DNA from: an uncultured delta proteobacterium
GTDB taxonomy: Bacteria; Myxococcota_A; UBA9160; UBA4427
DNA length: 64,000 nucleotides
Direction of reading: 5' to 3'
Assembly (NCBI GenBank): GCA_963822965.1
Contig: CAWGJT010000012.1
Coordinates: 224,001 to 288,000 of the forward strand
In this document: one piece after another, positions 51,680-61,683 of the stretch
Layout: the number at the start of each line of letters is the position of its first letter
How positions within the stretch are numbered: position 1 is the stretch's first letter
Made by a program: the position numbers and the translations under genes
The notes under the pieces: generated by a model
Told to the model about the DNA's origin: nothing
What the model saw: the letters and a program-made list of their open reading frames with translations, nothing else
Databases searched by the model: none

Positions 51680-51937
51680 ATGAGCCGCAGGCTGCTGACC
51701 ATCTTCACGATCGCCGCCATGAGCCTGTCCGCTACCGCACTGGGTTGCCGCGACGAAGGGGCCGCGGAACGCCTGGGCAAGGCCGTGGACGACGCCACGA
51801 GCGACATGGCCGACGCCGCCCAGGAGGCCGCAAACGACGCCCGGGAGGCCGCCAACGACGCCGGCCGCGCCATCAAGCGCGGGGCCGACGACGCCCGGGA
51901 CGCGGCCCACGACGCCGTGGACGACGCGCTGGATTGA
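51680..51937 (+). CDS. Small lipoprotein with A/D-rich helical repeats
   Basis: Lipobox ALGC; repeated DAAQEAANDAREAAND. Confidence 0.8.
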   Translation: MSRRLLTIFTIAAMSLSATALGCRDEGAAERLGKAVDDATSDMADAAQEAANDAREAANDAGRAIKRGADDARDAAHDAVDDALD

Positions 51938-51991
51938 TCCGGAGCGGGGCTGCGGCGGAGTCCGTTCGGGAGGGCACGCCCGAACGCCTCG

Positions 51992-53065
51992 TCACGGCTC
52001 CGGGAAGCTCGGCATCACCTCGTCCACGAGCAGGCGAAGGGATCGCTCCCAGTCCGCCTGCTCGCTGCTGAAGTCGTACATCATCACGAGCATCCCGCCG
52101 AAGCCGCCGGTATCGGCCTGCAGCTTCTCGATCTTCGCGGTGACGGTCTCCGGCGACCCCACGAACCAGGCGTTGTCGATCAGGAAGTCGACGGTGATCT
52201 TGGAGTCCGGCATCGCCGGATCGGTCTTGAAGTGCGGACCCATGCCGTTGCCCAGGTAGAAGGGCAGCAGATACTCCCGCCAGCAACGCCCCATGGCGCC
52301 GTCTCGGGCGAGCTCGCGGGCCCTGGCGTCCGTCTCCGCCACGTAGACCTCGCGCGTGAGTCGCCACTCCCGCCGATCGGGCACGCGACCGCTGCGGGCG
52401 GCCCCCTCCTGGACCGACGCCCAGTGCGAGGCGGTGTGCGCGGGATTCAGCGAGATGCTGAGGGGCAGGAAGCCGCGCTCGCCCGCGAGCTTCAGGGTCT
52501 CGGAGCCGGGAGACAATCCCGCGATGCCGATGGGCGGGTGCGGCTTCTGGAACGGCTCCAGGTGGTAGCCCAAGAAGTCGAAGTCGGTCTCCGGTGAGCC
52601 CATGGACCAGAACTCGCCCCGGTAGTCGCGCGGCCCCCCCTGCCAGATCTGCAGCATGATCTCGAGCGCCTCGGCAGTCATCCGGCGGTTCTCGCCGGAC
52701 GCGGCGTCCACGCCGAAGAGCAGCTGATCGCTCGGCAGCGCGCCGATGCCCACGCCCAGCATGTACCGCCCCTGGGCGATGTGATCGAGGAAGGCCACCC
52801 GGTGCGCCAGCTCCACGGGGTGGTGGTAGGGCAGCAGGTGCGCACCCGGGGCGAGCACGATCTGCTCCGTGCGCATCAGCGCCTGGGCGATGAGGAGATC
52901 CGGCGCCGGATTCGGCTCCCAGCGGGCGGTGTAGTGCTCGCCGATCCAGGCCTCGCGGAAGCCCAGGCGGTCGAGCAGCTGCAGCTGCTCCAGGTCCCAG
53001 CGATAGCCGTCGATCAGGCTGCGCTCGGGAGGGTGGGACGGCATCACGAACGCACCGAGCTTCAC
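51992..53065 (-). CDS. LLM class flavin-dependent monooxygenase
   Basis: KLGAFVMPSHPP, EAWIGEH, LPYHHP, PFQKPHPPI, VGSPETV. Confidence 0.93.
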   Translation of the reverse strand: MKLGAFVMPSHPPERSLIDGYRWDLEQLQLLDRLGFREAWIGEHYTARWEPNPAPDLLIAQALMRTEQIVLAPGAHLLPYHHPVELAHRVAFLDHIAQGRYMLGVGIGALPSDQLLFGVDAASGENRRMTAEALEIMLQIWQGGPRDYRGEFWSMGSPETDFDFLGYHLEPFQKPHPPIGIAGLSPGSETLKLAGERGFLPLSISLNPAHTASHWASVQEGAARSGRVPDRREWRLTREVYVAETDARARELARDGAMGRCWREYLLPFYLGNGMGPHFKTDPAMPDSKITVDFLIDNAWFVGSPETVTAKIEKLQADTGGFGGMLVMMYDFSSEQADWERSLRLLVDEVMPSFPEP

Positions 53066-53180
53066 GACGGCTCTCCTGCGGGTTCGAGACGGATTCTAGG
53101 GACCCGATGCCGATGCTGCGGGGCCCGGGCCGCGCCGACCGGGGCGTCCCCTCGCCCTCTCCTCTCTCCACCGAACGGCA

Positions 53181-53209
53181 TTCAATCCGCCACGACGTCC
53201 GGCCGATGC
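53181..53209 (+). promoter_or_regulatory. Candidate sigma28-type promoter (TCAAT-N15-GCCGATGC)
   Basis: Resembles the TAAA-N15-GCCGATAA consensus; upstream of the lipoprotein/porin operon. Confidence 0.5.
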
Positions 53210-53277
53210 AGGCCACGGCGTACCCGCAGCCGCCTCCTCCCCGCGGGCGGCGCCGTTCGGATCGAAAGGACGTCCGC

Positions 53278-54039
53278 ATGACACAGAATCGAGCGCGCGG
53301 TTGGGGCTCGGCCTTCGCGCTGGGAGGGCTCGCGGCGCTGGTGGCCTGCGCGACCACCGCCACCCCGCCGGCCCCGGGACGCAGCACCGCCTGGGGATAC
53401 CTGAAGCTCGTCCCCCACGAGGGGCTCGAGTCCAGCGGCGGCGGCGGCGCCTACGGCGATCGCCGCATGCGCGACGTCCGCCTCGTCGACTACTCGCGGC
53501 CCGGCTTCGCGGTCGTCTACCTGGAGGGCGCCGCTGAAGGCGGGCCGGACGCACCGGGCGACGCGGCGGCGAACGACGCCCGACTGACGATCCGACCGGG
53601 TGTGATCGCCGCGAGGCTCGAGCCCGCCCACCTCGCCCTCGCCGCCGGCGGATCGGTCCGGGTCTCGAACGCCAGCGACTCCGCGCGACTCCTCTCGTGT
53701 CCCGAGGTCGGCCTGGTGCGCAGCCTCGCCCCCGGCGACGTCGCGACGGTCGCCCTTCCCCACGCCGGCGCGTACGCGTTCTTCCTGCTGGACGTCCCCG
53801 GCGCCAGCAGCACCGTGTTCGCCGCGCCCGGCGCCTTCTCCGTGGTCTCGGACTCGGGTCGCTTCGAGCTGGCGAACGTCGCGCCCGGTCGACGTCAGCT
53901 GCACGCGTGGCATCCGCGCCTGCCGCCGGCTTCGCATTGGATCGACCTCGCCCCGGGCCAGGTCCAGCGACTGGATCTCGAGATGGGCGTGGGCCGGGGC
54001 GACGACACGGAAGACGGCGGGGTCGCCCATGAACACTAG
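53278..54039 (+). CDS. Lipoprotein with cupredoxin-like and carboxypeptidase-regulatory-like beta-sandwich domains
   Basis: Lipobox LVAC; AVVYLE, GSVRVSN, SGRFELANVAPG..QLHAWHPRL. Confidence 0.75.
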   Translation: MTQNRARGWGSAFALGGLAALVACATTATPPAPGRSTAWGYLKLVPHEGLESSGGGGAYGDRRMRDVRLVDYSRPGFAVVYLEGAAEGGPDAPGDAAANDARLTIRPGVIAARLEPAHLALAAGGSVRVSNASDSARLLSCPEVGLVRSLAPGDVATVALPHAGAYAFFLLDVPGASSTVFAAPGAFSVVSDSGRFELANVAPGRRQLHAWHPRLPPASHWIDLAPGQVQRLDLEMGVGRGDDTEDGGVAHEH

Positions 54040-55363
54040 CCGGCTTCGAAGGACCCTGATCGCGGCCGCCGCCGGCCTCCTCCTGGGAACGGCGGTCCGG
54101 GCCGACGACCCGCCGACGGACGACCGCGTGGAAGCGCTCGAACGACGGGTCGAGGAGCTCGAGGCCGCGAAGGAGGCGCCGGCGACCGCCACGTCCGGGT
54201 TGGCGGAGTGGACGCGCCGCGTGCGGCTCAGCGGCAGCGCGAACACGGGCTGGTACGGAGGTCAACAGGACAGCGTCTTTCACGAGGACAACTTCCAGGT
54301 GTGGGACGCGCGCTTCTTCGTCGACGCCGAGCTGGGCGAGAGCGTCGGAATCGCCGACACCACGGTGATCCGGAACGTAGGCTTCAGCTTCGAATGGGAT
54401 CTCGTCCGCCTGGGCAACCTGTCGAACCGGGTCGGTGAGCTCTACACCGACTTCCAGGGGCTCGGGGGCTCCACCTGGGCGAGCGCCCAGGTGGGCCGCT
54501 TCCAGATTCCCGTGAGCGAGAACTACCTGCGCTTCAGCAAGGGCTACCGCAACAACCCGTTCATCACGAACACCGTCGGCGGCCCCTGGTACTGGGACGA
54601 GGGCGTCCGTTTCTACGGCGCCGATCCGCACGATCGCTTCGGCTACGTGGCCTCGATCGCCGACGGCGAGACGGCCTTCAACACGGACCGGAACGCGGAC
54701 TATCAGTACACCTTGAAGGTCTTCGCGAATCCCACCGACTGGCTGCACCTCTCCGTGAGCGGCGTGTATACCGGCAAGCTCGGCTCGAAGGACGATGCCG
54801 GCCAGGGCGCCCTGTGGCTGGGCGAAGCCTGGGCCCGCGCCTTCGGGAGCAGTACGACGGTCGACAGCTACGACCACGGGGTGTTGGTGGCCGATGGTCC
54901 GAACCAGATCGACGAGACGCACCTGATCGGCGCGGACGCCGTCGTCACCCTGCCCGACCAGCTACGCCTGTGGCTCGCCTACGGCACCTACTCGATCGAT
55001 CAGGACGGAGGGACCTACGACCGTCGCCTGCACTACTGGATCGCGGAGCTCCTCCTCTACGGCGGCCTCGTGACCCCCGAGCTGGCCGACGTGTACGTCG
55101 GCTTCCGCGCCAACGGCCTCGGCACCTACGACTCGAACGAAGGCTACCTGCTGGACTTCCGCTATCGCGGCAGCCTCGGCTACAACATGGAGTCCATGAA
55201 CGCGTACTCCGCCGTGGTCGGCTGGAAGATGCTGCGCTACGTGACGGTCCGCGCCGAGTACTCCCACATGGACATCGACCTGGTGCGGGGCGTCCCCGCC
55301 TCGATCCGGCACCAGGCCGACGACGCCGACTCCTGGGGCGTCGAAGTCGGGATCTCCTTCTGA
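54029..55363 (+). CDS. Outer-membrane beta-barrel (porin-like) protein
   Basis: Signal peptide, short coiled coil, VGRFQIP, amphipathic strands, C-terminal ...VGISF. Confidence 0.82.
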   Translation: MNTSRLRRTLIAAAAGLLLGTAVRADDPPTDDRVEALERRVEELEAAKEAPATATSGLAEWTRRVRLSGSANTGWYGGQQDSVFHEDNFQVWDARFFVDAELGESVGIADTTVIRNVGFSFEWDLVRLGNLSNRVGELYTDFQGLGGSTWASAQVGRFQIPVSENYLRFSKGYRNNPFITNTVGGPWYWDEGVRFYGADPHDRFGYVASIADGETAFNTDRNADYQYTLKVFANPTDWLHLSVSGVYTGKLGSKDDAGQGALWLGEAWARAFGSSTTVDSYDHGVLVADGPNQIDETHLIGADAVVTLPDQLRLWLAYGTYSIDQDGGTYDRRLHYWIAELLLYGGLVTPELADVYVGFRANGLGTYDSNEGYLLDFRYRGSLGYNMESMNAYSAVVGWKMLRYVTVRAEYSHMDIDLVRGVPASIRHQADDADSWGVEVGISF

Positions 55364-55376
55364 TGAGACGATCCCG

Positions 55377-56027
55377 ATGACGACACGCTCCCGATGGATG
55401 CGACGCGTGCTGCGAGCGGGCGCGCTCGCGATCGCCCTGTCGACGCTCGCCGCCTCGAACGCCGCGGCGGACGGCGAGGGCTCCGTCGAGGGCCGGGTGA
55501 GCCTCCCGCTGGAGGGCACGAGCCTCTCCACCATCGGACCGGTGGTGGTGTACCTCGAGGCCATCGACGCGCCGGCCGCCTCGGGGCCGCCGCGGCGCCC
55601 GGTGCAGGTGGCCCAGAAGAACGCGACCTTCTCCCCCAGCTTCGCCGTGGTCTCGGTCGGCCAGGTCGTCGAGATGCCGAATGCCGACGCGATCTACCAC
55701 AACGTCTTCTCGTACTCGCGGCCGAACGACTTCGACCTCGGCATCTACCCCTCGGGCGAGTCCCGCTCGGTGACCTTCCGGGTCCCCGGCGTCGTGAAGG
55801 TCTACTGCTCGATCCACGAGAGCATGAACGCGACGATCGTGGTGGTGCCGACCCGGCACTTCGCGGTGGCCGGTGCCACGGGACGCTTCTCGCTGAAGGG
55901 CGTGCCCCCGGGCCGCTATCGGCTGCGAACGTTCTGCGAGCGGCTGCCGGACACCGTGCAGGAGATCGTCGTGGCTTCCGGCCAGAAGCTGGGGGTCGAC
56001 GTCCCGCTCACCCCGGGCGCGGGCTGA
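55377..56027 (+). CDS. Secreted cupredoxin-like/carboxypeptidase-regulatory-like protein ('methylamine utilisation'-like)
   Basis: VVVYLE, QKNATFSP, PNADAIYHNVFS, FDLGIY, YCSIHESM, VPPGRY. Confidence 0.85.
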   Translation: MTTRSRWMRRVLRAGALAIALSTLAASNAAADGEGSVEGRVSLPLEGTSLSTIGPVVVYLEAIDAPAASGPPRRPVQVAQKNATFSPSFAVVSVGQVVEMPNADAIYHNVFSYSRPNDFDLGIYPSGESRSVTFRVPGVVKVYCSIHESMNATIVVVPTRHFAVAGATGRFSLKGVPPGRYRLRTFCERLPDTVQEIVVASGQKLGVDVPLTPGAG

Positions 56028-58683
56028 GTCGCTCTCCCGCGCCGCCGAAGAGGTGCTCGGCGGCGGTCTCCGCGGGCGCCGGCCGGCCGAAGTAGAAGCC
56101 CTGGATCTCGTCGCACCCCCAGCTGGCGAGCAACGCCAGCTGCTCGGCGGTCTCGACGCCTTCGGCGATCACGTGGAGGCGTAGCGCGTGCGCCATCGCG
56201 ACGATCGAGGCCACGAGCGCCGCGTCGTCGGCGTTGCTCGCGATCTCCGTGATGAACGAGCGGTCGATCTTCAGCGCGTCCACGGGCAGCCGACGCAGAT
56301 AGGCGAAGGACGAGTAGCCCGTGCCGAAGTCGTCGACGTGGATGCGAAGTCCCCTGCTCCGCAGCGCCTCGAGATCCTGGATCGCGGAGGATTCGTCGTG
56401 CATCAGGGTGCTCTCGGTGATCTCGAGCTGCAGCAGATCGGGCTCCGCGCCGCTCTGCTCGAGGACGTCGAGGATCCGCCGCGTGAGGTCGCCGCGCCGG
56501 AACTGCTTCACCGAGAGGTTGACGGAGATCGGCACCGCCCGACCCGCTTCGCGCCAGACCACGGCCTGGCGGCAGGCCTCCCGCAGCACCCAGTCGCCCA
56601 GGGGTGCGATCAAGCCGGTCTCTTCGGCGATGGGAATGAACACCCCGGGTGGAATCAGGCCCGCGTCGGGATCTCGCCAGCGAACGAGCGCCTCGAAGCC
56701 CACGACCCGCCCGGAGGCGGTCTCCACCTTCGGCTGGTAGTGCAGCTCGAACTCCTCGTGCTCGAGCGCGCGCCGCAGGTTGTTCTCGAGGATGAGGCGG
56801 CGCATGGCCACCTCGTTCATCGATTCGGCGTAGAACTGGTAGTTGTTCCGGCCCTGGTCCTTGGCGTGATACATGGCCGCGTCCGCGTTCCGCAGCAGGG
56901 TGTCGACGTCGTCGCCGTCGAACGGATAGGCGGTGATCCCGATGCTGCCGGTGATCACCACCTCGTGGCCGTCGAGGGTGAAGGGTCGCGCCAGGGAGGC
57001 CAGGATGCGGCGGGCCACCTTGGCGAGGTCGTGCACCTCGTTCACGGCGATCAGCGCCGTGAACTCGTCGCCCCCGAGCCGAGAGATGCAGTCGGACAGG
57101 TCGCCCCGGGTGACGAAGTCCGAGTCGCGCACGCTCGCCACCAGCCGATCCGCCACGTCCTTCAGCAGCTCGTCGCCCTGGGACTGGCCCAGGGTGTCGT
57201 TGATGCGCTTGAAGCGGTCGAGGTCGAGGAAGATCACGCCGAGAACCAGCCCGTTGCGCCGGGCCTGGGCGATCTGGATCGCGAGCCGCTCCTTGCACAG
57301 CAGGCGGTTGCCGAGACCCGTCAGGCTGTCGTGGTAGGCGAGGTAGCGGATCTGCTCCTCGGAACGCTTGCGATCGGTGACGTCCTGGATCGTTCCCTCG
57401 AGGTGTCCCGGCGCGCCGCCCTCGCCGGGGCGAACGCGCGCCTGCAGATGGAGGATGCGATCCGGCGTGTCGCGCAGGCTGATCCGGCAGTCGAGGCGCG
57501 CCGTCGAGCGTTCCGCGATGCAGGTCTCGAGGGCGTGCTGGAGGTCTTCGCGGTCGTCCGGGTGGATCGCCGCGAGCGCCGCGCGGGAGTCGACGGCCTT
57601 GTCGCCGCTCTGCAGCCCGAACATCGCCCGGAACTCCCGCGAGCTCTGGAGCTGTCCCGTCGCCAGGTCGATTCGCCAGCTGCCGATCTGGGCGAGCTTC
57701 TGGGCGCTCGCCAGCTGCTCCTCGCTCTCGCGCAGCATCGCCACGCTGTCCGCCAGCTCCCCATGCTGCTCCTCCACCTGACGCCGGTAGTCGGAGAGGC
57801 GCTCGAGCATGCCGTCGAAGGCGCGGGCCACGTCGCCGATCTCGTCGCCGCGCCGACTCTCGAGACGGGTCTCGAAGTCTCCCTCGCCGATGCGTTCCGT
57901 CGCATGCTGGATCTGCAGGATGGGGCGCACGACGCCCCGGGAGACGAGGAAGCTCACCACGAGCGCCAGCCCCAGGGCGAGGGCGCCGCCGACGAGCAGG
58001 TTGTGGCGCGAGTGGGCCAGGGCGTCGCGCTCTGCGGCGAGTGAGATGGACACGCGTAGGTCCACGTCCCCGTAGTGGCCGACCACGCGATCGACCGAGT
58101 CCTTCGACGCCGCGTCCGGCGGCACGAACTCGACGTTCGCACCCGTGAGCTCGGACCATCGCGCCGTGAGCTCGGCGGGGATCGGCTCCAGGGCCAGCAG
58201 GCGCCCGACCAGCTCGCCGTCGGTACGCAGCGGAACCGAGACCACCGCGCCCACGGATCCGCCCTCGCCGACGAGGGCCGCGTCGCCGACGGCCATCACG
58301 TCGGCGGTGAGGAGCTCCTCCCCGGCCGCGGCCTTTGGGCGCCCGTCGCGATCCAGGAAGGCCACGAGGCTGGCGCCGCTCTTCTCGGCGAGATGCGCGG
58401 CGTGGAAGCGCAGGGTCGGACCGTCGCCCAGCTCGAGGGTCGCCCGGAACTGCGGCGTCCCCGAGATCGCCCGGTAGCGCTCCCGGACCGAGTCGAGGTG
58501 GCTCTGGACGAGCATCTCCGCGGCGCGGGCCGCGGAGTCGGCGCGAGCCTGGGCACCGCGGTGCAGGTCGCCGGAGAGCGCCCGGTCCTGCACCACCAGG
58601 GCGAGCACCGTCGAAAAGGCGGCCATCCCGGACAGGGTCAGGAGCAGGCGAGCGGTGAGCTTGACGCGATAGGCGCGACGCAA
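56008..58683 (-). CDS. Membrane HAMP-PAS-GGDEF-EAL c-di-GMP enzyme
   Basis: Two TM with periplasmic domain, HAMP (DEIGDVARAFD), PAS, RLGGDEF, EALVRW, DDFGTGYSS. Confidence 0.95.
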   Translation of the reverse strand: MRRAYRVKLTARLLLTLSGMAAFSTVLALVVQDRALSGDLHRGAQARADSAARAAEMLVQSHLDSVRERYRAISGTPQFRATLELGDGPTLRFHAAHLAEKSGASLVAFLDRDGRPKAAAGEELLTADVMAVGDAALVGEGGSVGAVVSVPLRTDGELVGRLLALEPIPAELTARWSELTGANVEFVPPDAASKDSVDRVVGHYGDVDLRVSISLAAERDALAHSRHNLLVGGALALGLALVVSFLVSRGVVRPILQIQHATERIGEGDFETRLESRRGDEIGDVARAFDGMLERLSDYRRQVEEQHGELADSVAMLRESEEQLASAQKLAQIGSWRIDLATGQLQSSREFRAMFGLQSGDKAVDSRAALAAIHPDDREDLQHALETCIAERSTARLDCRISLRDTPDRILHLQARVRPGEGGAPGHLEGTIQDVTDRKRSEEQIRYLAYHDSLTGLGNRLLCKERLAIQIAQARRNGLVLGVIFLDLDRFKRINDTLGQSQGDELLKDVADRLVASVRDSDFVTRGDLSDCISRLGGDEFTALIAVNEVHDLAKVARRILASLARPFTLDGHEVVITGSIGITAYPFDGDDVDTLLRNADAAMYHAKDQGRNNYQFYAESMNEVAMRRLILENNLRRALEHEEFELHYQPKVETASGRVVGFEALVRWRDPDAGLIPPGVFIPIAEETGLIAPLGDWVLREACRQAVVWREAGRAVPISVNLSVKQFRRGDLTRRILDVLEQSGAEPDLLQLEITESTLMHDESSAIQDLEALRSRGLRIHVDDFGTGYSSFAYLRRLPVDALKIDRSFITEIASNADDAALVASIVAMAHALRLHVIAEGVETAEQLALLASWGCDEIQGFYFGRPAPAETAAEHLFGGAGERLSPRPG

Positions 58684-58718
58684 TCCCGAGGCTCCCCTAA
58701 GCCCTTGCCATGATTCCG

Positions 58719-58746
58719 TTTTCGGTCGGCGGGGCGGAGCGCTTGA
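58719..58746 (-). promoter_or_regulatory. Candidate sigma28-type promoter (TCAAG-N15-ACCGAAAA)
   Basis: About 35 nt upstream of the GGDEF-EAL start. Confidence 0.45.
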
Positions 58747-58764
58747 GGCGGCCTCCCCCAGGCG

Positions 58765-60105
58765 TCAGGCCGGCTCGGCGAGCAGGCGGTCGAGGCCCCG
58801 GCGGATGGCGCCCAGCAGCAGGTCGATCTCGCCTCGGGAGATCACCAGGGGCGGCGAGACGGCGAGGGCGCCCCGCATGCTGCGGACGACCGCCCCCTCC
58901 TCGCGGATGAGCGCGCCCGCCCGGGCGCAGCGCCGGGCGAGATCGGCCGGATCCTCTCCCGGCACCCCCCGCAGCTCGAGGGCCCCGATGGCGCGCAGGG
59001 CCCGCACCTCGACCACCGCAGGGTGCTCGCCGAGCGCCTGCAGCCCCGTCTCGAGGCGAGGGCCCACCTCGTCCCGCACGTGCGCCAGCAGCCCGCGTTC
59101 CTCGATCTCCTCGAGGTTGGCCAGGGCGGCGGCCGCCGCCACCGGGTGCCCGCTGTAGGTGTGTCCGTGGGCGAAGGTGCCACCTTCGCGCAGGGTGTCG
59201 GCCACCTCGTCGCTCATCATCGTGGCGCCGAGGGGCACGTAGCCGCTCGTGATGCCCTTGGCGAGGGTCATGAGGTCGGGCTCGAGCCCGTAGAGCTCGC
59301 TCGCGAACCACGCGCCCAAGCGACCGAAGCCGGTGATGACCTCGTCCGCGACGAAGAGGATGTCGTGCTCCCGCGCCAGCGATCGCAGATCGGCGAGGTA
59401 GCCGTCCGGCGGGACGATGACGCCCCCCGCCCCCTGCAGCGGCTCGACGAAGATCGCGCCGATCGTCGCGGGATCCTCGCGCCGGATGAGCGCCCGGGTC
59501 TCGTCGATGCACCAACGACCGAAGGCCGCGGGATCGAGATCGCTCCCGGCGCCGTGGGGCCAGGGCGCCGGCGCGTGCAGGAAGCCGGGCAACGGAAGAC
59601 CGAAGGGAAGCTGGCAGGACGCGAGCCCGGTCATGCTGGCCGTCGCCAGGGTGACCCCGTGGTACGACAGCTCGCGGGTCACGATCTTCGTGCGGCCCGG
59701 CCGACCCCGCAGCGTGTGGAATCGACGGATGATCTTGAGGGCGGTCTCGTTCGCTTCGGAGCCCGAGCCGGAGAAGATCGTGGTGGACAGGGGCGCGGGC
59801 GCGAGCCCGGCGAGACGCTCGGCGAGCCGAATCGTCGGCTCGGTGGTGCTGTTGAAGAACGAGGGGTAGAACGGAAGCCGCCGCATCTGCTCGCTGGCGG
59901 CACGGACGATTCGCTCGCAGCCGTAGCCCACGTTCACGCACCACAGACCGGCCAGGCCGTCCAGCAGGCGCCGGCCGTGGTCGTCGGTCACCCAGACCCC
60001 GTCGCCCGCCACCAGGACGTGGGTTCCCTCTTCGCCGAGGGTCGCGTGGTCCGTGTAGGGATGGAGATGGTGACGCAGGTCCGTCTGGCGCAGCGAGTCG
60101 CTCAC
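58765..60105 (-). CDS. Class III PLP aminotransferase (omega-amine/putrescine-pyruvate type)
   Basis: LDGLAGLWCVNVGYG, SGSEANE, SYHG, EPLQGAGGV, ADEVITGFGR, LAKGITSGY, HGHTYSGHP. Confidence 0.95.
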   Translation of the reverse strand: MSDSLRQTDLRHHLHPYTDHATLGEEGTHVLVAGDGVWVTDDHGRRLLDGLAGLWCVNVGYGCERIVRAASEQMRRLPFYPSFFNSTTEPTIRLAERLAGLAPAPLSTTIFSGSGSEANETALKIIRRFHTLRGRPGRTKIVTRELSYHGVTLATASMTGLASCQLPFGLPLPGFLHAPAPWPHGAGSDLDPAAFGRWCIDETRALIRREDPATIGAIFVEPLQGAGGVIVPPDGYLADLRSLAREHDILFVADEVITGFGRLGAWFASELYGLEPDLMTLAKGITSGYVPLGATMMSDEVADTLREGGTFAHGHTYSGHPVAAAAALANLEEIEERGLLAHVRDEVGPRLETGLQALGEHPAVVEVRALRAIGALELRGVPGEDPADLARRCARAGALIREEGAVVRSMRGALAVSPPLVISRGEIDLLLGAIRRGLDRLLAEPA

Positions 60106-60401
60106 GAAACGGCTTCGTCCCGCGGACCGTCCCAGCCCGCCGCCGGAATCGTCCGCATGCTGAGCGCGTGGATCTGCGAGCCCATCTCCTCCGCGAGCGC
60201 CGCGTAGACGAGGCGCTGGCACGCGACGGGGGAGAGTCCTTCGAAGCGGGCCGAGACGATGGTGGCGCGGAAGTGCCCGCCTCCGCTGCGAGCGCCCGGG
60301 TGGCCGGCATGCAGGTGGCTCTCGTCGACCACCTCGACGAAGACCGCGTCCAGCGCTTCGCGCAGCTTGCCTTCGATGTGGGCGCGGCGATCGTCCTGCA
60401 C
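60102..60401 (-). CDS. bolA: BolA family protein
   Basis: VVDESHLHAGH, GHFRATIVS..FEG, QRLVY, IHALS. Confidence 0.92.
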   Translation of the reverse strand: MQDDRRAHIEGKLREALDAVFVEVVDESHLHAGHPGARSGGGHFRATIVSARFEGLSPVACQRLVYAALAEEMGSQIHALSMRTIPAAGWDGPRDEAVS

Positions 60402-60442
60402 GTCGTCTCCCGGCTCCGTCTTCGCACCCGGCCCGCGCCGGG

Positions 60443-61606
60443 TCAGTCCTTCGGCAGGCCGAGGATGCGCTCGGCGATGATGTTCTTCTGGATGTTGGGG
60501 GTTCCGCCGCCGATCACCACCTCGGGCCACGACAGCGCGAAGCGCTGCCAATTTCCGTTCTCCGCGGCCGGCGCGGCTCCCTGCCAGAGCGGCGCGGCGC
60601 TCCCCTGGATCTCGAGGGCGAGCTCACCCAGCTCGATCTCGAGCTGGGCGCGGTGCAGCTTGTTGATCGAGGTCTCACTCGAGAGCTTCTCGCCCTTGAG
60701 CTGCCGGGTGAGGAAGCGCATGCCGTTCAGGCGCATGGCTTCGACACGCGTCTCGGCCCGCACCAGGCGCCGCAGGATCTGAGGCTCTTCGATCGCGGGT
60801 CGGCCGTTCTTCATCGAGGTGCGGGCCAGCTCCTTCAGCCGCTGCAGGTTGCGCATCAGCCCGTGAAACTCGGCGATCCCCGAGCGCTCGTGGGCCAGGG
60901 CCGAGATCGTCACCTGCCAGCCCTGCCCTTCCTCGCCCAGACGGTTCTCCACGGGAACGCGCAAGTCGTTGAAGAAGACCTCGGCGAACATGGCCCCGCC
61001 GGCCATGTTCTTGATGGGACGGACCTCGATGCCCGGAGAGCCCATCTCCACCAACAGACAGGTGATTCCGTCGTGCTTGACCTCGACGTCCGTCCGGGTT
61101 CGGACGAGCAGGATCATCCACTTCGACCACATGGCGATGGAGGTCCAGATCTTCTGGCCGTTCACCACGTAGACGTCGCCCTCCCGCACCCCCTTGCACT
61201 GCAGCGAAGCCAGATCGCTGCCGGAGCCCGGCTCCGAATAGCCCGTGCACCACTGGTACTTGCCGTCGAGGATGTCGGGGATGAACTTCTGCTTCTGCTC
61301 CTCGTTCCCGTACTCGATGAGCGACGGTCCCACCCACGCGAGCCCCATGAAGCAGGTACCCAGGGGAGGCGCCTTCCGCCTGGCCATCTCGTCCTTCAGG
61401 ATCACCTGCTCCATCAGGCTGCCGCCGCCGCCGCCCACCTCCTTCGGCCACGAGAAGCCCACCCACCGCTTCTCGCGAACCTTCCGGTTCCAGGTCGCGG
61501 CGAAGTCGGAGCCCCGCCGTCCCTCGGGCGGCAGGTTTTCGTCGAGAAACGCGCGCACCTCCGCGCGAAACGCCTCTTCTTCGGGGGACAGCTTGAAGTC
61601 CATCAC
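60443..61606 (-). CDS. Acyl-CoA dehydrogenase
   Basis: WCTGYSEPGSGSDLASL, NGQKIWTS, ALAHER, GGTPNIQKN. Confidence 0.95.
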   Translation of the reverse strand: MMDFKLSPEEEAFRAEVRAFLDENLPPEGRRGSDFAATWNRKVREKRWVGFSWPKEVGGGGGSLMEQVILKDEMARRKAPPLGTCFMGLAWVGPSLIEYGNEEQKQKFIPDILDGKYQWCTGYSEPGSGSDLASLQCKGVREGDVYVVNGQKIWTSIAMWSKWMILLVRTRTDVEVKHDGITCLLVEMGSPGIEVRPIKNMAGGAMFAEVFFNDLRVPVENRLGEEGQGWQVTISALAHERSGIAEFHGLMRNLQRLKELARTSMKNGRPAIEEPQILRRLVRAETRVEAMRLNGMRFLTRQLKGEKLSSETSINKLHRAQLEIELGELALEIQGSAAPLWQGAAPAAENGNWQRFALSWPEVVIGGGTPNIQKNIIAERILGLPKD

Positions 61607-61633
61607 AGACCTCCGGGTGTGGCTTTACGATCG

Positions 61634-61683
61634 GCTCTGGAGTCGGGCGATGCGATCAGCTCTGCAGTCGGGCGATGCGATCA
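61634..61683. repeat. 25-bp tandem duplication over the 3' end of the upstream ACAD
   Basis: GCTCTG(G/C)AGTCGGGCGATGCGATCA x2. Confidence 0.9.
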
